This document shows, one piece after another, positions 1 to 7,579 of a DNA stretch of 64,000 bases. Position numbers and translations under genes: made by a program. The stretch is from a virus, in IMG/VR virus record IMGVR_UViG_3300048839_001249, positions 1 through 64,000 of that record, one strand, 5' to 3'. How positions within the stretch are numbered: the stretch's first letter is position 1; the number at the start of each line of letters is the position of its first letter. Below the pieces are notes generated by a model. The model was given only the letters and a program-made list of their open reading frames with translations. It searched no databases and was not told where the DNA came from.

Positions 1-22
1 TATAATTTCCAAATCCCATGAT

Positions 23-382
23 TTAAAGATTGAATGTTTCACCATAGAGTTTTTCGTACCTTGTTTTTGCAAGATTAAATCTGATTTGAGCATCACGAAT
101 TTCAATGCCTAGTTCATCATCTATTTCCATAAATGAATTAGCATCAAAATCTTTTGCTGGTGTAAGGCTTCCAGCATGGGAAGGTGAGAGATCAAGCATA
201 GCTTCTCTCTTTGCTTTCAGTTGTTCAATTTGAAGAGCATAATCTTCTACTCTTCTCCTGTAGATTGTTTTAGAGTCTCTGATAATAGCTTTTGCCCTAT
301 CAGCTTTAATGTCTCTGTTGTTTCTCAGTAATGATGCATGCATCATACCTTTTACTTCTTCTTTTAATACTTCATCACTCAT
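23..382 (-). CDS. hypothetical phage protein (coiled-coil)
   Basis: 119-aa ORF in the leftward gene run; no motif recognised. Confidence 0.75.
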   Translation of the reverse strand: MSDEVLKEEVKGMMHASLLRNNRDIKADRAKAIIRDSKTIYRRRVEDYALQIEQLKAKREAMLDLSPSHAGSLTPAKDFDANSFMEIDDELGIEIRDAQIRFNLAKTRYEKLYGETFNL

Positions 383-404
383 GTTAAATTAATTTAAAGT
401 GTTT

Positions 405-671
405 TTATTCTATTTTTTCATAGGTTTTTTCGAAAATATCAGGTTTGCATGGATAAAATTCTCCATTTATACCTTTGATGATCCAATCACCTTTATTTGC
501 CCTCATTACTCCTTCGAGTGTGTGAATAAGCAAATCACTTGCATCAACCCTAATTGAACGTGCTGAACTTGTTGTTTCTTTTAGTTGTAAAATTTCTACA
601 ACCGAATTTTCTGTACCATCATATTGAATTGCTTCAATTATTACTGATTTTTTTCTGAATCTCTGTGTCAT
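405..671 (-). CDS. widespread small phage protein (RKKxVxIEA...TLEG...GDWIIKG...EFYPCKPDIFEKTY family)
   Basis: Recognisable conserved motifs of a common phage family of unknown function. Confidence 0.85.
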   Translation of the reverse strand: MTQRFRKKSVIIEAIQYDGTENSVVEILQLKETTSSARSIRVDASDLLIHTLEGVMRANKGDWIIKGINGEFYPCKPDIFEKTYEKIE

Positions 672-885
672 GGTTTACCAAGTCTATTTGATGGAATAGC
701 AGTTCTTTGAATTAAATCATCATGTATTTCATACAAAGAATCTTTTTTCTTATTTGGTTTATCTTCTTTTATTTTTGGGAAATATTCATCACATCCATTA
801 CAATAATAATATTCGTTATCATAATCGTGAACTATTGGTGTTTTGCATCCGCAATAAGGACATTCGATAATTTTTTGCTTTTCAT
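668..885 (-). pseudogene. frameshifted zinc-ribbon protein (CPYC...CNGC)
   Basis: Open frame KQKIIECPYCGCK...YYCNGCDEYF...RLGKP ends at TGA 670-668, overlapping the next ATG (ATGA). The ATG at 885 is one base out of frame with it. Confidence 0.6.
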
Positions 886-1169
886 GGCTGGTAGGGTTTT
901 GGTTCGTTGGCTTTCAAATAACCCTCAAATAACTCTTCGTAGGTCTGCGAGCTTCCAGCGTGAGATGAATTTAAAGAGGGTTCATCAAGTAGTCTTTCAA
1001 ACCCTTTCTTTTTCAAATAATCGTATAGTTTCATATGTTTAGCCTCGTGGTTGACTATGGCTTGCTTGGCGTATTCTTCACCAATAGCAATAATAGCAGG
1101 ATACCAGGTTTCTTTTTCAATTCCAGGAAAATGTCTTTTTGCGAATTCCTCAAATGTTTCTTTTGTCAT
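882..1169 (-). CDS. hypothetical protein
   Basis: 95-aa ORF with ATGA coupling at both ends. Confidence 0.75.
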   Translation of the reverse strand: MTKETFEEFAKRHFPGIEKETWYPAIIAIGEEYAKQAIVNHEAKHMKLYDYLKKKGFERLLDEPSLNSSHAGSSQTYEELFEGYLKANEPKPYQP

Positions 1170-1423
1170 GGCTGGTATGGTTTTATGTTCATTACTTTTT
1201 CCATAAATTCAGGACATTTTTTTGCATCCGTACCCATATCAAACCAATCAATCTCTTGTTCAGTTAATGGAAAATCAAGTTTTGCCCTCACGATTATTTC
1301 CCTTGTAAAAGCCTCGTGGTCGGCTATGGCTTTTTCAATAAGCCTTTTAACCTCATTTACATGAATCATTGAGCCGTCATGCTCACATCCTGTTAATAGT
1401 TCGTTAAATTCTTCTTTTGTCAT
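1166..1423 (-). CDS. hypothetical protein
   Basis: 85-aa ORF; shares the MTKE start and KPYQP end with its neighbour. Confidence 0.75.
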   Translation of the reverse strand: MTKEEFNELLTGCEHDGSMIHVNEVKRLIEKAIADHEAFTREIIVRAKLDFPLTEQEIDWFDMGTDAKKCPEFMEKVMNIKPYQP

Positions 1424-1434
1424 GGCTTTAGTTG

Positions 1435-1743
1435 TTATGCTAATTTTATAATTATCAAATCAACTTCTTTGGGAATTTCAGAAACTTTAATTCTAATTTC
1501 ATTTTCATGTTGGTCATTTGTTGTTTTTAATTTTCTTTCAACGCCATTTTCAATATACTTGATTATGTAATCTGGGTCTATATCTTCTAAGTTATTACCA
1601 CTAAGTTTGCCCTTAAAAAACTCACTTGTTTCTTTTGGAAATGATAATTCATTTTCAATACAGAATTTAACTGCTTTAAAATGTTTTTGAAATTCTTTAT
1701 TTTCTGTGCTTGAATAAGCTGTTACATTTATTGATGTTGACAT
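1435..1743 (-). CDS. hypothetical protein
   Basis: 102-aa ORF in the gene run. Confidence 0.75.
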   Translation of the reverse strand: MSTSINVTAYSSTENKEFQKHFKAVKFCIENELSFPKETSEFFKGKLSGNNLEDIDPDYIIKYIENGVERKLKTTNDQHENEIRIKVSEIPKEVDLIIIKLA

Positions 1744-1845
1744 AATATTTTGTTTATTTACTTGTTAAAATAGAAGACCCCCCAGACTTTTCCCCAGATC
1801 TGTTATCAGCTAAACATTAACTAATAAGGGGGTCTTCATGTTGTT

Positions 1846-2256
1846 TTATTCCAGATTCTTGATGTAAATAATTGATCTGAATTTGATTGTTATTGGAAAC
1901 CTGATTGCAAGCTTGGGTTTCTTTTCTTCTTTTTTTGTTTCAATGGCTTTTGCTGATTTGTCTTTGTAGATTTTGTTTTCTTCTTTGTTTATAGCAAGAG
2001 CCATCTGAATGTTGGGTTCACCTGCAAGCCATATGTAAAATTCACTGTGAGCTTGTCTTTTGATAAGCTTAATGATTTTCAGGTTTCTTAATGCTTGTGA
2101 AAATGTAGCACTTATTTTGTACTTTCTTGTAAATTGTGACCATTTTATAGGTTGATTAGCTCTTAACTCATCTTTTGGTAGATAGTTATAAAGCTCTTGA
2201 AGTGCTTCTGTTCTTTTTCTGATAGATATTGGATAATTTTCTTCCATTTTTGTCAT
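1846..2256 (-). CDS. hypothetical basic protein, possibly winged-helix DNA-binding
   Basis: 136 aa, Lys-rich; the segment FTRKYKISATFSQALRNLKII loosely resembles a wHTH. Confidence 0.65.
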   Translation of the reverse strand: MTKMEENYPISIRKRTEALQELYNYLPKDELRANQPIKWSQFTRKYKISATFSQALRNLKIIKLIKRQAHSEFYIWLAGEPNIQMALAINKEENKIYKDKSAKAIETKKEEKKPKLAIRFPITIKFRSIIYIKNLE

Positions 2257-2257
2257 T

Positions 2258-2392
2258 TTAGTTACGTTTTAACATTAATTTCAATCCTATAAGGATTCCT
2301 TCAATTGTACCAACTATCCAGCCTGCTATTACAGCAAACATACTTATGATAATTGATAATATTTTTAATACTTTTTTTGTCCTGTCCAACAT
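2258..2392 (-). CDS. small membrane protein (44 aa)
   Basis: Hand translation MLDRTKKVLKILSIIISMFAVIAGWIVGTIEGILIGLKLMLKRN; fills the gap between neighbours. Confidence 0.55.
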   Translation of the reverse strand: MLDRTKKVLKILSIIISMFAVIAGWIVGTIEGILIGLKLMLKRN

Positions 2393-2565
2393 TCTTTCCA
2401 AAATCGTTTGTATATTGCCCAAGAAGTTTTTCTTTCAAGAAAAAAGAATATAATTAGTAAAGGTGTAAGGAAAAATACTCCTATTAAGAAGGTTGCAGGT
2501 TTTCTTATGTATGCTCTCTCTACTTGATCCAGTGGAGAGAACAAATCTTGTCTTAATGATTTCAT
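2365..2565 (-). CDS. small membrane protein
   Basis: 66 aa with one hydrophobic helix; ATGA-coupled. Confidence 0.65.
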   Translation of the reverse strand: MKSLRQDLFSPLDQVERAYIRKPATFLIGVFFLTPLLIIFFFLERKTSWAIYKRFWKECWTGQKKY

Positions 2566-2939
2566 TTTTTTTCAGGTACGATGATACTTAGATAACTTTT
2601 TCCATTCTGTTCTTGGATTGTACTTTCCAAATTTTGGAAAATTCCCTTCTTTGTGTTTCTGAAAATTTCTTTTGAGTAATCAGCACCGGGAATTATGTTT
2701 ACAATCATTTGGTCAACAGCACGTAAAAATGAAAGTTTTCTTCCTTTTGCTTTGTTGAAAATATCACCTTCACTTACATTGTTTTGTGAACATGCTTCTG
2801 CTACAAGTATTTCTGGTAGTGTTTTATCTTCTTCATCAACAACTCTGGTAATACTACATGTTGTTTTTACTCTTCCGTGTTTTCTTTTCTTGTACTCCCA
2901 TCTTACTCTGAAAGTTTGATTGTCCAGTTGAAATTTCAT
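2562..2939 (-). CDS. conserved phage protein (TxC...DxFNKxKGRKLxxxRA motif)
   Basis: 125 aa; this motif pattern is common in small phage proteins. Confidence 0.75.
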   Translation of the reverse strand: MKFQLDNQTFRVRWEYKKRKHGRVKTTCSITRVVDEEDKTLPEILVAEACSQNNVSEGDIFNKAKGRKLSFLRAVDQMIVNIIPGADYSKEIFRNTKKGIFQNLESTIQEQNGKSYLSIIVPEKK

Positions 2940-3129
2940 TTTCTTGTTTTTTAAATTGTTCGATTAATATTTTGTTAATTTTATTTATTGCATATTTATA
3001 TCCAGCCATCCATACAGCAAATTCTCCACCCAATTTGTTCCAATCATCAGTTGATATTCTATTGTAAGACACATCGAAGTTCTTTCTGGTTGGTAATTCA
3101 ACTTGTGGTAATCTTCTTTTTCTTGCCAT
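2854..3129 (-). CDS. hypothetical protein
   Basis: Likely start MARKRR at 3129; the upstream part of the track ORF overlaps a hairpin. Confidence 0.55.
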   Translation of the reverse strand: MARKRRLPQVELPTRKNFDVSYNRISTDDWNKLGGEFAVWMAGYKYAINKINKILIEQFKKQENEISTGQSNFQSKMGVQEKKTRKSKNNM

Positions 3130-3179
3130 GTAAATAAAAATTAAAAAGGGCGACATGTATCAACACATCACCCTTTGAT

Positions 3180-4724
3180 TTATAACTGAACTAAACTGAT
3201 TAACTCCTGATCAAGTGCCATTTGCATAGCTGTTTCAGGTGTTAATTGCTGTCTTTCTTCATTACTCCCACCAAGTATCAGTGAAATAACTCCACCATCG
3301 AAGCCAGACAACATTACAGTACCTTTATCATCAATTGTGGATGGATAATCATTTGTTCTTTCAGCAACATTCCACCAGATAATTGTTATTGGTGGTAAAC
3401 CAACATAGCGAAGTTTTGACATTGCTTCTTCATAATTGGTTTGTGTTGATCCAGATGGATTGAATTGTAAATCACTTACTACAAGCAATGTATCAGGATA
3501 ATCAGAAATTGGAATTTCAGGATTTGCTGTCCTTATTCTTACAATCTCATCAATAACACTCTGAAAGTTAGTTGATCCCCATGCAGTTGATAATCTTTTG
3601 ATTTGTAGTGCTTTTTCAGAAAATGTACCAAGAAGTTTTAATTTCTGTGATACATTACTAAACATGATAACATGATCTTTGAATGCACCTTCATTCATTG
3701 CTGAGAAGAAGATACCCAATGATACACATACATGATATGGTAATATACTTTCTGGCATGCTTGGATATTTATAGGTCATACTGCCTGATGTATCAAGAGC
3801 ACACCATACATTACCTTTGATTCCAGTTTTATTTGTTTTGAGTAACATTTCAAACTGTTTGTCAATGGTTTTGTTTTTGATTGGGTCAATGCTAACTCTT
3901 TTGAGTAATTCAAATGGATAACCATTAAATTTTACAACAGGCTGTTTGTCAAGCCATTCAGCATATGCTTGTTCAAGGTTGTGATTCTTGAGAAATTTAC
4001 TTTCTACCATCAAAGATAATGCTTTTCCTGGAATTTCAGAAAAGTTGATCTGTGAATAATAGTTCTTACTGATGAGTTGTTGCCATTGATGAGCTTTTCC
4101 TCCAGCTTTGAATTTGCGATATTCTTTAGGATTCATATCCATTTGATCAGCAAATTCTTTTGCTAGCTGATTAAGTATTTGAGCACGTTTGGTTTTACAT
4201 TTGCTCTTTGCCTTAATTGCAGGCATATACTTGATTATAAGATCACACATGCTGGAATCACTTAGTCCATCCATCATTAGATTAAAAATCTTTTTATGAT
4301 TGATTTGATTAAGTCCAAGTTCAATGTCCATTATCATGAGTGTCCATAAATCTTTCCAGCTTCCTGCAAGTGGAATTAACCATATGTTCTTGTAGAATAC
4401 TTCTGGATGAAATGAGGAAAGCCATAATAGCCTTTTCAATGATTCATCCTTTGCTCCCTGTCCTTTTTGTGCAGGTGAAGTGGATGAAAGTTGTTTTACC
4501 CTTCTGGTAATCATTCTTAAATAGAATGTGATTTGAAGGAAAAGTAATGCATTCAAAGTCCATAATGCTGATGCTGTAGCCATTATGTCTCCAAATTCTC
4601 TTCCCCTGTAGTTTGCTGCTTTGGAAAAATCATCAACTATGAGATTTCCAGTTGATGAATTAGACACTGCCATATTTTCAGTGAATGTGTCCTTTTTGGT
4701 TGATGCTTTTAAAAATTGATTCAT
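3180..4724 (-). CDS. DUF2828-family protein: Ro60/TROVE-like helical domain plus vWA domain
   Basis: Motifs TENxAxSxSSTG, GQGAKD, GSWKDL, MIDAS DTSGSM, WGSTNFQSV, SDLQF, IIWWN and MLSGF. Confidence 0.85.
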   Translation of the reverse strand: MNQFLKASTKKDTFTENMAVSNSSTGNLIVDDFSKAANYRGREFGDIMATASALWTLNALLFLQITFYLRMITRRVKQLSSTSPAQKGQGAKDESLKRLLWLSSFHPEVFYKNIWLIPLAGSWKDLWTLMIMDIELGLNQINHKKIFNLMMDGLSDSSMCDLIIKYMPAIKAKSKCKTKRAQILNQLAKEFADQMDMNPKEYRKFKAGGKAHQWQQLISKNYYSQINFSEIPGKALSLMVESKFLKNHNLEQAYAEWLDKQPVVKFNGYPFELLKRVSIDPIKNKTIDKQFEMLLKTNKTGIKGNVWCALDTSGSMTYKYPSMPESILPYHVCVSLGIFFSAMNEGAFKDHVIMFSNVSQKLKLLGTFSEKALQIKRLSTAWGSTNFQSVIDEIVRIRTANPEIPISDYPDTLLVVSDLQFNPSGSTQTNYEEAMSKLRYVGLPPITIIWWNVAERTNDYPSTIDDKGTVMLSGFDGGVISLILGGSNEERQQLTPETAMQMALDQELISLVQL

Positions 4725-4754
4725 GTTGCAAAAGTTTAAAGGTTAATTAATGTA

Positions 4755-4889
4755 AATCGTAGTTCAGCAAGTCGTCTATCTCTGTTGCTAATCCGGTATG
4801 CTACTATAAAAGATTGTTTCATTGCTGATTATTTGCTTGGTTTACCACATCAAGGGTGTGTAGTATTCTTTGCTCGACTACCTACGATT
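4755..4889 (-). ncRNA. putative structured RNA directly upstream of the DUF2828 gene
   Basis: 8-bp closing helix 4755-4762/4882-4889 and helix 4764-4770/4822-4828; shares two sequence motifs with 6309-6414. Confidence 0.5.
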
Positions 4890-4898
4890 CTTTGTTTT

Positions 4899-5097
4899 CA
4901 GGTTACTTTTTACATGGTCAGATTAGGAAACTGATTGTTTTAAATTTGCTGTAAGTAACCTTATAATGAACAGGTATCATTTTTGCAACATGCCAAATAT
5001 GTAGTTTTTTGTAAATTGCTGTGTGATACCTTAATGATGTCAGATGTCTGTTTTTGAAATCAACCCAGATTTATTTTTTATTGCTGTAAGACATCTT
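4899..5097 (-). repeat. three tandem ACAGCAA stem-loop units (candidate small RNAs)
   Basis: Units at 4899-4962, 4971-5032 and 5041-5097. Each has an 8-bp stem of different sequence but full complementarity, then invariant ACAGCAA, an A-rich linker and an inner hairpin. Confidence 0.8.
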
Positions 5098-5294
5098 TAT
5101 TTTTCTCTTAATGGTATTAAAATTGTAACAAGTATAATTATTACACTTATTGCAAGAACTGATACACTTATGTCTTGTATTCTTTCACTTACAGGTGTTA
5201 ATTCCATTATATTAACACTTATGAATAAGAATATACCTGATATTAACATCAATAGTACTGATGAAATTAACATTATCTTGTTTTCTTTTTTCAT
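5097..5294 (-). CDS. small two-TM membrane protein
   Basis: 65 aa with two hydrophobic helices. Confidence 0.7.
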   Translation of the reverse strand: MKKENKIMLISSVLLMLISGIFLFISVNIMELTPVSERIQDISVSVLAISVIIILVTILIPLREK

Positions 5295-5303
5295 ATATTA
5301 GTT

Positions 5304-5600
5304 TTATTGCTGTTCGACATCTTGTTTAAGTTTGTTAATAATTTCTTCTAATATTTTAATACGAATTTCATGATCATCAACAGGCCACCAATAGGTATGA
5401 TTATTAGTTATATATATTGGTTTATAATCCATTAACTCTTTTAAACAATTTTCAATATCACAAAAATAGAATAAATTACGCATTGCTTGGTGACATGCAT
5501 TGCATAAACCAACCCAATGATATATACCTATCTCTTTTTTGTATATTTCAAGTGCAAGTTTGTAAATCTTTAATTTTTCTTGCTTAGTTAATTGTTCCAT
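5304..5600 (-). CDS. hypothetical protein (CNAC motif)
   Basis: Likely start MEQLTK at 5600; the track's longer N-terminus runs through the tRNA. Confidence 0.7.
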   Translation of the reverse strand: MEQLTKQEKLKIYKLALEIYKKEIGIYHWVGLCNACHQAMRNLFYFCDIENCLKELMDYKPIYITNNHTYWWPVDDHEIRIKILEEIINKLKQDVEQQ

Positions 5601-5625
5601 TTCTTTAAAAGTTGAACTATTAATG

Positions 5626-5699
5626 TAGAGTAGGTCAGACTCGAACTGACGACCTCTTGGTTCCAAACCAAGTAATCTAACCAACTGATATACTACTCT
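5626..5699 (-). tRNA. tRNA-Pro(UGG)
   Basis: Acceptor AGAGTAG/CTACTCT, D arm, anticodon arm CTTGG-TTTGGAA-CCAAG, T arm GTCAG-TTCGAGT-CTGAC; no encoded CCA. Confidence 0.9.
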
Positions 5700-5707
5700 G
5701 TAAAACA

Positions 5708-5977
5708 AGCCTGCCCAGTGCCACCTGGAATATCTTGATAAAACTCTTATTTTCTCATTTCGGAGTCATCAGAACTGATGTCTTAATATCATCCAACAAA
5801 CAACGTCCTTTGGCAAAGGACTATGATAAGGTTTTGTTCTGTGGTTCTCTTTAGCATACCACCCGTGCAAAGGTTTAAACCTTTATATTGGCTCCTTAAT
5901 TCTAACTCGGAGTGTCCAAGCAATTTACCTATCTTTCAGTTGATAATACAACCCTCACTGTTTGTTTTCAGCAGGCT
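5708..5977 (-). ncRNA. putative ~270-nt structured RNA
   Basis: Ends pair (AGCCTGC 5708-5714 / GCAGGCT 5971-5977); several internal perfect hairpins; no credible ORF. Confidence 0.4.
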
Positions 5978-6080
5978 ATTACCATGCAACTTTATAGACA
6001 ACAGATTTAATTTGCTTACGCAGTTTTCTCTGCTAACGCTAGATGTTGTGCTTGCATAGTTTCTTTGTATTTTAAATTTG

Positions 6081-6247
6081 CAGGAAAGAGTGGACTCGAA
6101 CCACTGACCCTTAGAACCAGTTGTTTTAATTGCTGTTAGTTATCTTCTATCTTTAATGCTCCTGAGCACCTTTACAGCTTTCTAATTCTGTGATAACAGA
6201 TTACTATTTTTTTCACGCTAATGCTCTACCAACTGAGCTACTTTCCT
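6081..6247 (-). ncRNA. tRNA-like RNA whose anticodon loop is replaced by a ~103-nt insert containing the ACAGCAA motif
   Basis: Acceptor AGGAAAG/CTTTCCT, D arm GCTC-AGTTGGTA-GAGC, stem TTAG/CTAA, T arm AGTGG-TTCGAGT-CCACT; insert spans 6115-6217. Confidence 0.8.
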
Positions 6248-6259
6248 AGTTTCCCCATC

Positions 6260-6749
6260 AGACTGCTTCACCTGTGATACAACCTACATTCTTGCAGATT
6301 AATTGTGTTCGTCTATCTACACCAATAAGGAATTTCACCTTTACTATTCTTACTACTTGATAGAAACTAGTATATATCAAGTAGCCATAGTGCCTGCTAA
6401 TGCTCGACTGCCTATCAGCTTTTGGTGTAAATGTCTTAAAAATCAAAGGCTTTGTTTATACTGGCTTACTCAACACAATCTATTTTTCAAAACTGTGCTC
6501 TTTTACTGTGCAGGTGTTCACATGCAATTTGCCAGACAGGTATCAATTTAATGTCTTACCTCTTCATAATGACAACCTTCGATTAGTCTATCTCCAAGCG
6601 GTGATAACCTTCTTTTTGATAGAAATATTATTTTTTCAATGCATAGCTGGCTATACATCGGGAAATTGTTCGCCTTGACAATCTATCCCATATCTCATGT
6701 GAGTGAGATACTAACTGTTTTCTGCCTTCTCACGTTCAGTTATCAGTCT
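6260..6749 (-). ncRNA. putative large (~490 nt) multi-helix ncRNA
   Basis: Pairings 6260-6265/6744-6749, 6269-6274/6511-6516, 6301-6309/6472-6480, 6316-6325/6422-6431, 6353-6362/6375-6384 and 6691-6697/6704-6710. Confidence 0.55.
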
Positions 6750-7101
6750 TTAAGCCCAACAATCCAATGGTTCATTATAATTTGTTCGGCCTATATTTTA
6801 ATAAAGTAGTTCTTTTTCTCTTGTTGTTCCAATGTCCTCATCAGGTAATTCTGGTAGTTGAGGAATGGATAAGGTGGGATCAGGTACAGTAGTATTGTAA
6901 ATTGTACCTTCATCTTCGTTGTCAATGATGTTATTGTCCATGGCTAACTTGTAAAAGTTATGACAGTTTCATATTTGTACTGTCTTTTTGGAATACCGAT
7001 TTCTTTTTTCCATTCTTTAATAATGGATTTCTTTCTGATTTTCTCAACCTTTTTGTTGATTTGTTCTTTGTCTGTTGTCATGTTTTTATTGTTTTATGTT
7101 G

Positions 7102-7109
7102 CAAAAATA
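7102..7109 (-). promoter_or_regulatory. Bacteroidetes -7 promoter element (TAnnTTTG)
   Basis: TATTTTTG on the minus strand, inside a 20-bp repeat also found at 7555-7574. Confidence 0.5.
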
Positions 7110-7115
7110 TAAAAA

Positions 7116-7544
7116 TTAATGTTCGTTTGTATATTCTTTGTCAACTTCACATTCAAAGACTTCTCTTTTTAGTGCATAGTTGTAAGCATTGCACATTATC
7201 CATTTGTCTTTAATCTTGTAAATGCGAATGTATTTTAGTTGCCATCCCTTTGAATATTTAGCACCATCATCTTTCAGTGTTAACATTCTCCATTTATATT
7301 CACCACCAGATTCAGTGTACAATCTGTTGAGTATTTCTATTACTTCATCTGATGTAAAGAAAAACCTGTTACCATATTTTGACATTTTACCAAAATCATT
7401 GTTTTTTTCTGTCTCAGGTGGTAATTCTTTATCAGCATTTACATAACAATGAAAGTCTCTTGTATCAACATGAATTTGTTTGACCAATCTAATAATGAGT
7501 GGGTCTTTTAAATTTAACATTTCTAATGGTATCCAGTTATCCAT
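7116..7544 (-). CDS. hypothetical protein
   Basis: Likely start MDNW at 7544; flanked by 20-bp direct repeats. Confidence 0.7.
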   Translation of the reverse strand: MDNWIPLEMLNLKDPLIIRLVKQIHVDTRDFHCYVNADKELPPETEKNNDFGKMSKYGNRFFFTSDEVIEILNRLYTESGGEYKWRMLTLKDDGAKYSKGWQLKYIRIYKIKDKWIMCNAYNYALKREVFECEVDKEYTNEH

Positions 7545-7565
7545 TGTGAGTTTTGTTTTATGTTG

Positions 7566-7573
7566 CAAAAATA
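7566..7573 (-). promoter_or_regulatory. Bacteroidetes -7 promoter element (TAnnTTTG)
   Basis: TATTTTTG on the minus strand upstream of the 7544 start. Confidence 0.5.
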
Positions 7574-7579
7574 TGAAAA

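Noticed and set aside
4899-5097. CRISPR mini-array
   Set aside because: The units keep structure rather than repeat sequence, there is no repeat-spacer alternation, and no cas operon is present
5560-6080. Theta (HDV-like) ribozyme at tRNA 3' ends
   Set aside because: The sequences right after both tRNA-like 3' ends are AT-rich, and I could not build the nested double pseudoknot by eye
6115-6217. Group I intron in a tRNA, or tmRNA
   Set aside because: Too short, no group I core recognised, no reconstitutable anticodon loop, and no G3:U70 alanine acceptor or tag ORF
5823-6678. Track ORFs within the ncRNA cluster
   Set aside because: They overlap each other on both strands, have atypical composition and coincide with RNA helices
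4755-6749. RNase P RNA (AGATAGACGA and GGTAAAC resemble its conserved segments)
   Set aside because: No GAGGAAAGTCC or matching 3' P4 strand, and the motif order is wrong
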